From the human T2T-CHM13v2.0 reference genome, Homo sapiens: a DNA stretch of 64,000 nt. The translations under genes and the position numbers were made by a program. Below are positions 1-16,624 of the stretch, piece by piece. Every line of letters begins with the position of its first letter. Positions within the stretch are counted from its first letter, which is position 1. The notes beneath the pieces are model-generated. The model saw only the letters and a program-made list of their open reading frames with translations, was not told where the DNA came from and did no database searches. Where the stretch lies: the NCBI RefSeq assembly GCF_009914755.1, contig NC_060930.1, one strand, 5' to 3'.

Positions 1-1450
1 AACAAGGCCGGAGACATCACACTCCCTAACTTCAAACTATACTACAAGCCTACAGTAACCAAAATAGCATGGCACTGGTGCAGAAACAGACACACAGACC
101 AATGGAACTGGACAGAGAACATAGAAATAAAGTCATACACCTAAAAGCACCTGATCTTCAACAAAGTCAATGATAACAAGCACTGGGGAAAGGGCTTCCT
201 ATTCGATAAATGGTGCTGGGATAACTGGCTAGCCATATGCAGAAGACTGAAACTGGACCCCTTCCCTTCATTATATATGTTATGAAAATTAACTCAATAT
301 GGACTAAAGACTTTAAGATCTAAACCTATAAAAACCCTAGAAGAAAACCTAGGAAATACCATTCTGGACATCAGGCTTGGTAAAGAATTTACGACTAAGT
401 CCCCAGAAGCAATTTCCATAAAAACAAAAATTGACAAGTGGGACCTAATTAAACCAAAGAGCTTCTGCACAGCAAAAGAAACTATCAACAGAGTAAACAG
501 ACAACCTACAAAATGGGAGAAAATATTCACACACTACACAACAAAAAAGGTCTAATGTCCAGAATCTATAAGGAACTTAAACAATTCAACAAGCAGAAAA
601 CAGACAACCCCATTAAAAAAATGGGCAAATGACATGAACAGACACTTCTCAAAAGAAGACATACATGAAATCAACAAATAGATTAAGTAATGCTCAACAT
701 CACTAATCGTTAGAGAAATGCAAATCAAAACCACAATGAGAAACCAACTCACACCAATCAGAATGGCTATTATAAAATGTAAAAAAAATGACAGCCATTG
801 GTGAGGTTGCAATGAAAAGGGCACACTTACACATTGCTAGTGGGAATGTAAATTACTTCAGCCATTGTGGAAAGCAGTGTGGAGATTTCTTAAAGAACTT
901 AGAACGACCATTCAACCCAGCAATACCATTACTGGCTATATACCCAAAGGAATATAAATCATTCTATCAAAAAGACATATGCATTTGTATGTTAACCGCA
1001 GCACTATACACAATAGCAAAGACATGGAATCAACCTAGATGCCCATCAACAGGGTACTGGATAAAGAGAATGTGGTACATATATACCATGGAATACTACA
1101 CAGCCATTGAAAAAATGAAATCATGTCCTTTGAAGAAACATGAATGCAGCTGGAGGCCATTATCTTAAGCAAACTAACATAGGAACAGAAAACCAAATAC
1201 TGCATATTCTCATTTATAAGTAGGAGCTGAACAATGAGTACATATGGACACAAACAAATGGGAACGATAGGCACTGGGGACTACTTGATGTAGGAAGGTG
1301 GGAGGGAATGTGGGGTGAAAAACTACCTATTGGGTACTATGCTCACTATCTGGGTGATGGAATTATTTGTACACCAAACCTCGGCAACACACACTTATGT
1401 AACAAACCTGCACATGGACACCCTGAACCTAAAAGAAAAGTTGAAAAAAA
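1..1450 (+). mobile_element. Old primate LINE-1 3' end (ORF2 C-terminal remnant plus 3'UTR; L1PA13-16/L1PB-like)
   Basis: ORF2-like peptide PFNPAIPLLAIYPKEYKSF...WYIYTMEYY (788-1168); L1 3'UTR ending ...gtaacaaacctgcacatg...cctgaacctaaaagaaaagttgaaaaaaa; many stops and frameshifts. Confidence 0.9.
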
Positions 1451-4039
1451 CCCCACTTTTAGCTAGACTGCATTGAAGGTAAGAGTAGGTGATAAAATAG
1501 CTTTTTTTTTTCTATAAGCATCTAGGGACATGGCTCATAAATTTGATGATAGTTCAGGACATAAGGCAGATTTAATTAAATAGACTAGCAGGCAAAGAGC
1601 TGGGACACATGCACCTGGCATACAATACCTAAGACTACTTAAATTATACTGAGGAATCATTAACATTATACAGAGCACTGTTTTCTTATTTCAAGACCAT
1701 TCAAAAAATGTTATGTATCCTTAATTGTCAGTACAAGGAAAAATTTGTGGGTTCTTCTGTCTCCAAACATAAACAGATGATAGCAGAGAATAAAATGTTA
1801 AACACTTTGGAAATGTGATTAATAGCTCATCATGATAGTAAATCAAGAGATGAATATTAGAGTATGTTCTTACTAATATAGTTAATTATTTTACTTCTGT
1901 GCATTTAGAATGAAACTCATTTGAATTCCTAAATTGCAGATAAATTGTTTAGTTCTGACCGTCAATTTTATAGCTTAGAACTTCTATGGGTTAATTTTTC
2001 CTCATTACTATAGAAATTCAACATGAAGATTTTAATTTTCTTGTACTTAGGCAAGTCTAAGACTGTAAGAGTTTAGTATGAACATGGATATAAAAAATTA
2101 ACTGAAAATGAGATAATAGAAGATTTAATGTTTTTTGTTAAATATCATTCACTTACTAAACATTACCAAAGAGGGAATATAGAGCAGCATTGTACTTCGT
2201 TACCAAGGTGAGTACAAAATAGAAAACATGGTCTTGTTCCCCACCCTGAGGACTTGCTACTTTATTTAGAATAATGTATTTGTATGAAATATATGATATA
2301 TATAAAATATAATATTCAGTTTCTTAGGGCTTTACCTTAGTGCCAGGCACCATTTTAAGTACTTTGATGTAGTACTTAATCAAAGTTTAATCACCATATA
2401 AAACCTACAAAGTAAATACTATTATTAGCTCTCAGATTGCAGATGAGAAGCTAATACAGAAAAATATAATCTCTGCTTAGCCTACTTTTTCAGCTTACCT
2501 ATCAAATATGGATTTTGATGCTTTGGACAAGAGAGATTCTTATGTATATGTTGAGGCTGAGATAAGAACAGAGAATGAAAGTTATTGGAGAAAATTTACC
2601 TTGAGCTGGATCTGTAAAAAAGTTCTGGTTATAGATTTGTGGGTTTTCTATGCATAAGCAAAAGCACAGACACAAAATCTATGTGGTGTGATGATAAAGT
2701 CAAATGAATAATATAATAAACGCATGTAATTTAGCAATGGGCGATCACACGACCTAAAGGAATCTAGTTCTGCATATATAACTTATTTCTCTGCTCTTTA
2801 AAGAAAAAGGAAAACATAGCTGAATTATCTTCTCAGGTCATCTCCTGTGTGGATGACTTAATTCATATAAAATTGCTTTCCTTTATGGCTTATTTCCATT
2901 TGAGTAACAAGTTGGGGGAATAAGGTAAGTGTGATATGATGTATAACATTTTACCTGCCAAAATTTGCTGGATTTTAAATGACATGCTCAAAATTTGAAG
3001 TCTTTGAAGAATATACAATCAAGTGTTAAAACAAATGAACCTCATCGTACACTGGAATGTGATGGCATATTGAAACTCGACATGTTTACTAGGACGGGTT
3101 GCTATAATAATCACTCCACCTGCTGACATTCCCCTATGGCCTTCCTTTCTTTGCTGGTGAGATACTCACCTAGGTCCTTGGTGATACCTCACAGAGTGTA
3201 AGAAGGATGAGATGAAATGACTCTTTACATACTAATGAAAATACTGGCAGTTGTCTGTAGGCCTTATTTTGTAGTTCTTCAGGTTTAAGGGCTTGAACAC
3301 TGTAGTATGTTAACAGTTGCACTCAGAATTCCTATTAAGGAGAGAACTGTCTTTGGGAAACTACATGAGCTGCTTGGAGTAGACAGTGGACCCTGGTTGC
3401 ATTGGGATGAACATGAGCCTGGACTACAAAATAAGATGATAAATTACTCTGCCTGAGACCAGGAGGGACTTGTGGTTTGTTTTAACCTACAGATCAGTTG
3501 GAAAAAAGCAAAGCAAAGGACAGAAGACAAAAACTGGAGTGGAATTGCCATGTATTTACTGCAGTGGTGGGGTGACCAAAAGACAAGTTGGAAGTTATTT
3601 AGGTGGCCATGATATAAACCTCTTCCTTCAACATTGTCACCTCTCCCCACCCCCTGCACCAATCTAAACAATCTGATCTAAAAATGTAAATGGCTTTGTT
3701 AATTTGATAGAAATTAAAGAAGTTGATTGTAGCTTTTAGGCATCTGTGATATGGAATACACAGTATGGGTGAAAGACTGGTGAGCTAGAGATGACTTTAG
3801 AAGATAAACATTCCTTTTGGAATCTTCACAATTTATGTAGATGTCAAGGGTCTGGTAGAAAGTAACTGACATCTGAGTTATAAAAAGACCACGAGAGAAA
3901 AGAGGTTACTCTTAAGCCACAGTGTAGGGAGGCTTGATGAAAATCCACAGTGAATTCTTACCTCTGACTCTTATTTTCCAGCTACTTAAATAATAAAGAA
4001 ACAAAAAATGTGAGCTTATTTTAAAATCTACACTCTTCA

Positions 4040-5470
<1,431 letters not shown>

Positions 5471-6363
5471 TATCTACCTCAAATTGGAATCTCTAAAAGA
5501 CAGAGTTAAAGGTAATTCCAAGGAAGTAGGGAGTACTCTCTCAAGGAAGCAACAGTGAGAGAAAAGCAAAGGGAGGAGGAAAAAAGGAGAACCAGTACAA
5601 GGTAATGAGTTACCAAGCTGGCCATAGCTTCACAAGAAACTCAGCTGATTGCTTGGTAAGGAGAGGCGGTTTCTTGGAAGGCGGGATAGAGTAGTACAAT
5701 TAATTTGATTGCAATGCAGAGAGAAAAAGAATAGCAGGAATAGGCAGGTTGATAACAGTCATGTATAGCTTGACAACAGATTAAAAATTTACATTTTGCT
5801 GCATTGGCAGTGGAAAACCAGGAAACATTTTGAGCAGGAAAATGATTAAGAGCAAAGAGGATTTTAGGAAGATTCAACCTGGATTAAGGTTAGGAGTGTT
5901 TAGGGAACAGGTCACTAGTTGGAAAACAATTACATGTCCAGATGAGGAGTAATAGAAGACTGAATTAAGCATTGTTGGACAAAATATATAAAAGAAGACA
6001 GTCTGAGCAAAGGATGCTTAATTTGGGAACTTTGGCAGACCTTAGAGAATCTATTATTGGGTTCTAGGGGTTTGTAAACCTCTAAAATGATAAGCACATT
6101 TTTGTGTTCCAAGTATGTTCAGTTTTTAGGAGAAAGGGTTTTTGGCTTTGACCTGATGCTCAAAGGCATTTATAAGACAAAAAATAATTAGGAAATCCTG
6201 AATCAATGAGATTTTGTGATCACTGATAGATTTATGTTGTAAATAAGCCTCATTTATGAACTTAATCTTTGATGCATTTTACATTTTTACAACCACATTC
6301 TTCCAACTCCTATTGTACTTATTGTCTGTGCCACTCATTTTAACATCTAACTTGTTTTTGTAA

Positions 6364-6683
<320 letters not shown>

Positions 6684-6739
6684 TACACTGTGTTTTTCTT
6701 AAAGGGACACATCTGCATATTGTCCTCAGTCACAGGTTA

Positions 6740-6967
6740 CTATACAACATGGTGACTATGGTTAGTAACAATGTCTTGTGTTTTGAAAATTGCTGAGAGT
6801 AGATTTTAAATATTCCAATCAGAAAAAATTATAAATATGTGAGGTAATGCATATGTTAATTAGCTCATTTGAGCCATTCCACAATGTATATATATTTTGA
6901 AACATCATGTTCTACATGATAAATATATCCAATTTTTATTTGTCAATTAAGAAAATAAAGGAAAAAA
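6740..6967 (+). mobile_element. L1MA-type 3' tip
   Basis: tatgtgaggtaatgcatatgttaattagct...ccattccacaatgtatat...aacatcatgtt...tttatttgtcaattaa is a typical L1MA 3'UTR end. Confidence 0.75.
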
Positions 6968-9900
6968 GTACCACTTAAATAAAACTTGCTTAAAAACACC
7001 TATTAAGCTAGACATGGTGGAAGAAATTGGCAAAAATGTAAAATATCTTTCTTCTCACTAAACATTTTTAGTTTGGAATCAAATAGCCATTTAATTAAAG
7101 CATTTTATTTACCTAAAAAAAAAAAAAAAAGACACCTACCAAGCACATACACACATAGAACTAAGAACTAAACCCATTTTTTGTTTTTCACTTAAAAATT
7201 TTGTTTTAATGTAACCTTTTTTCTTTTTTATCCTTGGCTACTAAGAACAGAAATAGTTTTACATTTCTTTGTTGCATCAGAACTCATCCCAGGAGCATAA
7301 AGGCCTGAAATGAACTCTGCCTTATGATACTCACATTTGAGAAATTCCATTAGAACACAGATGGATCTGTGTGTGGTGATGAACTCGGAGCAGGAGAGAA
7401 GGGCTTTCATCACTTCACCAGGGTCCTGAACACACTGGAAACCTTATCAGGCCCCATCTCTCTCCTTACTTGGAATAAGACTTTCCCTTATGTACCAAAA
7501 CAATGCCTCCCATCTCAGCTAAGAGGAAGGGAGCTAAAGGGAGCATTTTGAGTTGTTGTTTTAAATTTATAACATTAAACTGTTCATTGTTAAGACCCTT
7601 TGATCAGCTTTGAGGTTTTCCTTTTACAATTGATTCTAAACACCATAAAATTGGTGCTTCTGTGTTGGTACTTGCCTCTTGAGCATTTAACAAATATTTC
7701 ATAAGGTGTGTTAGTTATTTTTCAGGAAAAGATTAAACTTTAGCTTTGAGCTGTCTATAAGGCTACCTAGAAATTCAATTTAATATTACCCTGCTTCAGT
7801 TGAAAAATAAAGTTTAGAGCCATATAAAATTAAGAATCTGTAACTAGGATAAGTACAGAAATAAACTTCTTAAACACTTTTGAAAAGTATATTACAAAGC
7901 ACAATTTTTTTTTCTTTAAAGGAGGTATTCTTATATTGAGATTAGAAAAGAATTGTTTAAAACTGTCAAAAGGAATAAAATTCTTTAAACTGCTGCTGCC
8001 ACTGGATCTGAATGTCTGTGAATGGGAGACTTAATATTTTTGAACAGCTTTATTGAGGTATAATTTACTTACCATAAAATTCACTTGTTTTAAGTTCAGG
8101 GATCTGTAAATTTAATGTTATTAAATGATGGTCACAAGAGCTACTTCTGGCTCTGTAGTATATCTTCATAGTTAGTAATTATTTTGTAATTATGTCAATA
8201 AGAGGATCCCAAAACTGGTCACAATTTTGATAAGAAAAATTTTTAGAATCCTGTAAGGAAATTTGTCAGATGTATCTTTCCCCCTGTACATTATTGCTTG
8301 TCTATTTGTTACTCAAATTTAGGCCCTCATGTTTGAGATACTGCATTCCACCCACACGGCAATCTATGAAATCCCCAGGATATGTGTTATAAAGAAAGGT
8401 ATTTTCAATTTGGAGAAAATACAATGTGCCAACTGAAGATAATTTCAACGTTATTTTTTAAAATTAAGATGAAATGAACAGGTTACAACCAGTAAATAAA
8501 GAGCGACTTAACACTCTTGTTACCTCATTAAAATTATTTGCTGTTTTTAAGTTCATTTCTTGCTATTTAGATTCTGGAGAGAATCTTGACCCTCGAAATG
8601 GAAGATCTGATTTTGGGTCCTGCTGTACTACTCACAGGGTGCTCATACATCCTCTCGAATTACTCACAGTCTCTGGGGCTTATTTTCCCCCTATAATATT
8701 GGAATTAGGATACTGGCATTGAGTAATTTAGAGGGTTTTAGTGAGGAGCAATGGAAATAATATTTTAAAAAATGCTTTGTTACACACAAAGTCCTGTGCA
8801 ATTGTAAGGTATTACGTTTAATATCGGAACTCAATAAAATTTCTATATTAATCAAAATAATCTGCAAATGGTTCTAAGTACCTATCTATACTTGGCACTA
8901 TATATTCCAAGATAAATATATATGGCTCTTAGGTTCAAACTGTTAGGCTGTTTGGTCCACATGGAATAACGTAGGGTGGGGATGGATTCCCCACCTTCAC
9001 CTTCAACTTCATATGCTTTCCTATTGCAACTTTCTAGATCCCTGTTTATTATCACATAAAAAAACCCCCAAAATACTTAGTAGTAACCCCTGAAGAATGA
9101 CTACAACTCTTTAGATAAAGTGAAGTAAACGTGTGCTTCTAATTAAGTTTAGTTGTAGAGCAAATTAGAGTGCATACTTTGTAAAGCAATCTAAAGGTTT
9201 CATTAAAAATTGTAGAGAAGTAATGATAAAATTATAGTGGTAAAGCTAATGCCAAAAGTTATTGCTCTGTGATGGTGGCATCCCAAGCCTTACATTTTGT
9301 CCTCAGGAATTCCATGGGTTGAGTCAAACTATACATTTTTTTTCTCCACAAATTTTACTGTGACTAGCAGTTGTTTGAGCTTTGCTTTTGATCATTTTCT
9401 AGTGAGGAGGTGGAGGGGATTTGTTCAGGGAGAGTAAGAGATTCACTCATGTCTTTTAAAACTATGCTTTCTTCAGGGTAGACTCTGTCTTTCAGGAGAA
9501 ACTCTGACACTCCTCTTTCCCAGCTGCTTTGCAGGGAGCCGGTGTTCCTGGTGAACACTGTGTCCTGTGGGGAGCATTTTGACAAATCTCTCTTTAGCTG
9601 TCTTATACATGTATGAGACATAAGAAATTTATGAGTAGCTAGAGTGTAAGAAATTAAATGACATAGTGCTTACTTCCACTTTCTTTAGCATATTCCCAGA
9701 ACCCCTCATATACTACTTTTGCATAGACGAGATGCTCAGCAAAAGGAGTAATTAATATAAAAACATTCTCCTTTCTTTTTTCCTTCTCACTCAATGGGTC
9801 CACGTTGGTTTCATACTAAAGTAGTTCAGAAGTCAAATTGTGTAGCTTTACTATTGCCCTTTCTAAAGGGGCTCAAACCTACATATGAAAGCAAATCCCA

Positions 9901-10221
9901 ATATGTAAGCCTTTGTGTGGTTAACATTTCTGTCTACTCTCTCAATAGTATGGATTTAAGTGATATTTTTCATGGTGCCTGGAATGAGATGTAGTGATTC
10001 ACTGTCATTGTTTCACAGAACTAAGATGGCATAAATGCTGTGCTGATCCTATTTTTAGTTGCCTTCACCTGTCCTCCCATCATGTAACAAGTCTACATAA
10101 GAACATTTTAAATATGTGCATCTGTTTGTGTTCCTAGTTTGTACAAGTGGAATGACAGAGTGGAGTACCAGTTAGAGTGCAAACAACCTGCTACTTTCAT
10201 TCCTAATAACGTCATACTTAC

Positions 10222-10396
10222 TAAACACTAGTTCCACTCTCTATGCATGTCCCACCATTGCCACATTTCATTAAACTGCAGGGAGAAGCATGACACTGGC
10301 CAACACTGCGTCCAGCATTTGGGTGGCCCTCAGGATTTCCCAGTCCTCTGAAATGGCCATCCTTCTCAGTGCGAACTTGAAGAGTGAAAATACAGC
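10222..10396 (-). CDS. EYS: EYS coding exon (probably exon 40): end of LamG domain and start of EGF-like repeat, (G)CIFTLQVRTEKDGHFRGLGNPEGHPNAGRSVGQCHASPCSLMKCGNGGTCIESGTSV(Y)
   Basis: Acceptor ttgcatttcttcaag|GC, donor TA|gtaagt; 175 nt, phase 1 to phase 2; EGF motif PCSLMKCGNGGTC; continues the frame of the 20322 exon; peptide recognised as EYS. Confidence 0.97.
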
Positions 10397-11392
10397 CTTG
10401 AAGAAATGCAAAAACACTTCGTGTTAACAAACAGAAGAAATAGAAAAAACAAGAAGAAGGTTATTTTTCATTTTTAAAGTAGAAGTTTTTCAAAATAAAG
10501 TAATACATGTAAATTTTAAAAGAAATATAAGAATACAGAAATGCGCAGAGAAATTTTTTTTTAAAAGTCATTCATGATATCATTTCACAGCAGACAACTA
10601 TTAACATTTTGGTGTGTGTGTGTGTGTGGTATTTTTTCTATGCTTAGTCATATTTTCTTTTAAACAAAAATGCAATCTGCACTAAGCTGTAGAAAATATA
10701 ATATTATACCAAAAAGTTGAACATCATAAATAACATTAACTTTTTTCTTGTAGCATTAACTATTTTTAAGTGATGGCATATTTTCTTATATCAAAATATA
10801 TTTAATAAACCTATAATTATTATACCATTGACTTATTTATACTTTTTGCTATTAGAAATAAAATTGTAATGAATATCTTATGTGTATATCTTTGTCCATT
10901 TAAATTATTTTTAGTACATATTTCTAGAAGTAGAATTACTAGGGGAAAAGATATAGATGCTTTGAAGTATGCCTAAGTGTCCCCCATAGATCACAACTGG
11001 ACTCAGGAGACTGGGATACCCCTTTCTTCACAGGCACTACCATGCCTGGGATTACCATTCCATTTCATTTTTACATGCGATAGCTAATAAAATACTATTT
11101 TACCGTTTTTGGTTGGGTATCAAAAATCTTTTAACAAATTTATTGGTCATTCATAATTTATATTATAATTTGTATTTATAGTATATAAAGAGAGTCTCCT
11201 TATATAATGAGGACATTAGCTATTTGTAATATACGGTAAATAAACTTTCTCCAGTTTAATATTTACCACTCAATTTTGCTATGGTAGTTTTTTTTTTTTT
11301 TAGGTAAAGAAGTTTATGTTTATGTTGTCACATTTTTCTCTTTTTTCTTTCAGAGATTTTGCCTTTCTATACATCTTTAGAAAGAACTTCTC

Positions 11393-11822
<430 letters not shown>

Positions 11823-11954
11823 TTACTTATAGTTTATTTGCAAAGTTCTTTCAAATAAATGGGAACATCAACCAGAAATAAGGTCTTTAAAATGATAAAA
11901 TAAAGGCAAGATTGAATTTTATTTTCAAAACTTTTTTTTTGAGGCATAAAAAGC

Positions 11955-14900
11955 TTTCTTTTTTTTTTTTTTGTCATTGTTATACTTTAAGTTCTAGGGT
12001 ACATGTGCATACCTTGCAGGTTTGTTATACTGTATACATGTGCCATGTTGGTGTGCTGCACCCATTAACTCGTCATTTACATTAGGTATTCCTCCTGATG
12101 CTATCCCTCCGCACTCCCCCGACCCCATGACAGGCCCCAGTGTGTGATGTTCCCCACCCTGTGTCCAAGTGTTCTCATTGTTCAATTCCCACCTATGAGT
12201 GAGAACATGCAGTGTTTGGTTTTCTGTCCTTGGGATAGTATGCTCAGAATGATGGTTTACAGCTTCATCCATGTCCCTACAAAGGACATGAACTCATCCT
12301 TTTTTATGGCTGCATAGTATTCCATGGTGTATATGTGCCACATTTTCTTAATCCAGTCTATCATTGATGGGCATTTGGGTTGGTTCCAAGTCTTTGCTAT
12401 TGTGAATAGTGCTGCAATAAACATACGTGTGCATGTGTCTTTATAGCAGCATGTTTTATAATCCTTTAGGTATATGCCCAGTAATGGGATCGCTGGGTCA
12501 AATGGTATTTCTAGTTCTAGATCCTTGAGGAATCCACTCACTGTCTTCCACAATGGTTGAACTAGTTTACAGTACCGCCAACAGTGTAAAAGTGTTCCTA
12601 TTTCTCCACATCCTCTCCAGCACCTGTTGTTTCCTGATTTTTTAATGATCGGCATTCTAACTGATGTGAGATGGTATCTCATTGTGGTTTTGATTTGCAT
12701 TTCTCTGATGGCCACTGATGATGAGCATTTTTTCATGTGTCTGTTGGTTGCATAAATGTCTTCTTTTGAGAAGTGTCTGTTCATATCCTTTGCCCAGTTT
12801 TTGATAGGGTTGTTTGATTTTTTCTTGTAAATTTGTTTAAGTTTTTTGTAGATTCTGGATATTAGCCTTTTGTCAGATGGGTAGATTGCAAAAATTTTCT
12901 CCCATTCTGTAGGTTGCCTGTTCACTCTGATGGTAGTTTCTTTTGCTGTGCAGAAGCTCTTTAGTTTAATTAGATCCCATTTGTCAATTTTGGCTTTTGT
13001 TGCCATTGCTTTTGATGTTTTAGACATGAAGTCCTTGCCTATGCCTATGTCCTGAATGGTATTGCCTAGATTTTCTTCTAGGGTTTTTATGGTTTTAGGT
13101 CTAACATTTAAGTCTTCAATCCATCTTGAATTAATTTTTGTATAAGGTGTAAGGAAGGAATCCAGTTTCAGCTTTCTACATATGACTAGCCAGTTTTCCC
13201 AGAACCATTTATTAAGTAGGGAATCCTTTCCCAATTTCTTGTTTTTATCAGATTTGTCAAAGATCAGATGGTTGTAGATGTGTGCTATTATTTCTGAAGG
13301 CTCTGTTCTTTTCCATTGGTCTATATCTCTGTTTTGGTAGCAGTACCATGCTGTTTTGGTTACTGTAGCCTTGTAGTATAGTTTGAAGTCACGTAGCGTG
13401 ATGCCTCCAGGTTTGTCCTTTTTGCTTAGGATTGTCTGGGCAATATGGGCTCTTTTTTGGTTCCATATGAACTTTAAAGTAGTTTTTTCCAATTTTGTGA
13501 AGAAAGTCATTGGTAGCTTGATGAGGATGACATTAAATCTATAAATTACCTTGGGCAGTATGGCCATTTTCATGATATTGATTCTTCCTGTCCATGAGCA
13601 TGGAATGTTCTTCCATTTGTTTGTGTCCTCTTTTATTTCATTGAGCAGTGGTTTGTAGTTCTCCTTGAAGAGGTCCTTCACATCCCTTGTAAGTTGGATT
13701 CCTAGGTATTTTACTCTCTTTGAAGCAATTGTGAATGGGAGTTCACTCATGATTTGGCTCTCTGTTTGTCTGTTATTGGTGTATAGGAATGCTTGTGATT
13801 TTTGCACATTAATTTTGTATCCTGAGACTTTGCTGAAGTTGCTTATCAGCTTAAGGAGATTTTGGGCTGAGACAATGGGGTTTTCTAAATATACAATCAT
13901 GTCATCTGCAAACAGGGACAATCTTACTTCCTCTTTTCCTTATTGAATTCCCTTTCTTTCTTCCTCCTGCCTGATTGCCCTAGCCAGAACTTCCAACAGT
14001 ATGTTGAATGGGAGTGGTGAGAGAGGGCATCCCTATCTTGTGCCGGTTTTCAAAGGGGATCCTTTCAGTTTTTGCCCATTCAGTATGATATTGGCTGTGG
14101 GTTTGTCATAAATAGCTCTTATTATTTTGAGATACATCCCATCAATACCTAGTTTATTGAGAGTTTTTATCATGAAGAGCTGTTGAATTTTGTTAAAAGC
14201 CTTTTCTGCATCTATTGAGATAACCATGTGGTTTTTGTTTGTGGTTCTGTTTATATGATGGATTACATTTATTGATTTGTGTATGTTGAACTAGCCTTGC
14301 ATCCCAGGGATGAAGCCAACTTGATCATGGTGGATAAGCTTTTTGATGTGCTGCTGGATTCAGTTTGCCAGTATTTTATTGAGGATTTTTGCATTGATGT
14401 TTATCAAGGATATTGGTCTAAAATTCTCTTTTTGTGTTGTTTCTCTGCCAGGCTTTGGTATCAGGATGATGCTGCCCTCATAAAATGAATTAGGGAAGAT
14501 TCCCTCTTTTTCTATTGATTGGAATAGTTTCAGAAGGAATGGTGCCAGCTCCTCTTTGTACCTCTGGTGGAATTCAGCTGTGAATCTGTCTGGTCCTGGA
14601 CTTTTTTGGGTTGGTAGGCTATTAATTATTGCCTCAATTTCAGAGCCTGTTATTGGTCTATTCAGGGATTCAACTTCTTCCTGCTTTAGTCTTGGGAGGA
14701 TATATGTGTCCAGGAATTTATCCATTTCTTCTAACTTTTCTAGTTTATTTGTGTAGAGGTGTTTATAGTATTCGCTGATGGTAGTTGGTATTTCTGTGGG
14801 ATCGGTGGTGATATCGCCTTCATCATTTTTTATTGCATCTATTTGATTCTTCTCTCTTTTCTTCTTTATTAGTCTTGCTAGCAGTCTATCCATTTTGTTG

Positions 14901-15107
14901 ATCTTTTCAAAAAACCAGCTTCTGGATTCATTGATTTTTTGAAGGGGTTTTTGTGTCTCTATCTCCTTCAGTTCTGCTCTGATCTTAGTTATTTATTGCC
15001 TTCTGCTAGTGTTTGAATGTGTTTGCTCTTGCTTCTCTAGTTCTTTTAATTGTGTTGTTAGGGTGTCAATTTTAGATCTTTCCTGCTTTCTCTTGTTGGC
15101 ATTTAGC
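11955..15107 (-). mobile_element. 5'-truncated L1PA (about L1PA4-6), 3.15 kb, sense to EYS
   Basis: ORF2 pieces 14360-14893, 14033-14227 and 12257-13921 (FADD RT motif, C-terminal CWRGC zinc knuckle); L1PA 3'UTR; poly(T) at about 11955-11972. Confidence 0.97.
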
Positions 15108-15429
15108 CAACCATTTGACTGACTAGGTACCAAATAAGTAATAGCTTTTTTTTTTAAACTGCAGAATAGCTTTTTTTTTTTTTATCCTGGGTTTCTAAAT
15201 TATTGCAGTAAACTGATTACATTTTCCCATATGGGCTCTTCTTTGAAGAATCTCATATGATTAAAAAAAGGAGAGAGAAAAAAATTGAACTCACAAGAAA
15301 CCGAAAGTACTGACCGTGTTGGCTATTTTTAGATGAGAATAACTCTCATTTACAGGGTTGTTAATAAATCTGAATCTATCTCATGTCCACTCTATTCAGA
15401 GTAGTAAATATTTAATAACCTCCATATCA

Positions 15430-15660
15430 ATGAGCAGTAGTTGCTGTAACACTAGAAGCTTATTTCCTGTTCATGTAAAGTCCAAAGGGTGGTTAGGGTT
15501 GGCATCCAGGTGAGTTGGCAAACAGAGTACAGGACTGTGCAGAAGATTTTCATAGGCAAGGCCTGGAAGTAGCAACTATTACACCTGCTGACATCTCACT
15601 GGCCAGAACTCAGGCACATGGTCATGCATAGCTGTAAGAGAGTCTGGGAAAGATCTGGTG
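15430..15660. mobile_element. MLT1-type MaLR LTR relic
   Basis: ggcctggaagt...ctcactggccagaactcag...catggtc...gctgtaagagagtctgggaaa resembles old MLT1 LTRs. Confidence 0.5.
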
Positions 15661-16027
15661 GTAACAACATGTCACAAGCAAGTATTATGTGAAAGCACCA
15701 TTCCAGGTGCTGTGGAGATCTGTTATCAGTAAAAACTAAAAATCCTATTCTCCAGAAGCTTACTAAATTCTAAATTAAGACATACATTCTCTAGGTATAT
15801 AATTATATTAGGTATGAAATGCTAAGTGGGAAAAGACTTGGTGCTCCAAAGACTTCAGAAAGAGCTCACTCTCAATGAGTGAGCTCAGAGAGTGGGCTCT
15901 CATTGAGGAGGTGTGATTTGAGCTTGCTTTCCAGGCAAATGGAATTTGAAGAGGTGGAGAATGCTGATTTAAGCACGGGCCCTGAGGCAGGGAAAATAAG
16001 ACATACAGAGAGGCAGTGGCTAGATAT

Positions 16028-16547
16028 AGTGATAGTTGATTTTATGTGCCAACCTGACTTGGCCATGGGGTGCCCAGATACTTGGTCAAATATTGTGTGT
16101 GTGTGTGTGTGTTAGGATGAGATTAACACTTGAATTGATAAACTGGGTAAAGCAGATTGCCCTCCCTAATGTGGGTGGGCCTCATTCAATCACTGAAGAC
16201 CTAAATGGAACAAAAAAGAGGGAATTCTTCCTGCCTGATTACTTGAGCTGGGACATTGGTCTTTTCCAGCCTTCGTACTTGGACTGAAACATTGGCTTTT
16301 CTTGGGTCTTGAGCCTGATGGCTTTCAGACTGGAACTCACACCACTTGCTCTCCTTGTTCTTAGGGTTTCAGACTCAGGCTGGAGCTACACATCAATTAT
16401 CCTGGGTCTCCAGGTTGCTGACTGTGGATTTTGGGACTTCTCAGCTTCCATAATCATGTGACCCAATTCCTTATTAAAAATCTCTCTCTCTCTCTCTCTG
16501 TGCACACCTGATTGGTTCTGTTTCTCTGGAGATGCCTGACTAATACA
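16028..16547 (+). mobile_element. MLT2 (ERVL) solo LTR with internal (TG)n and (TC)n
   Basis: Starts gtgatagttgattttatgtgccaac, ends attggttctgtttctctggag...gactaataca; near TSD gatat/gatag. Confidence 0.85.
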
Positions 16548-16624
16548 GATAGATTTTATTGAATTAAAAAATCAGTGGAAGCGAGTTAAGTATAGAAAAA
16601 ATACATGGGTTTTGGAATGTCAGG

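Noticed and set aside
294-1274. ORF-track peptides of 78-126 aa
   Set aside because: Sense and antisense translations of decayed L1 ORF2, not host genes
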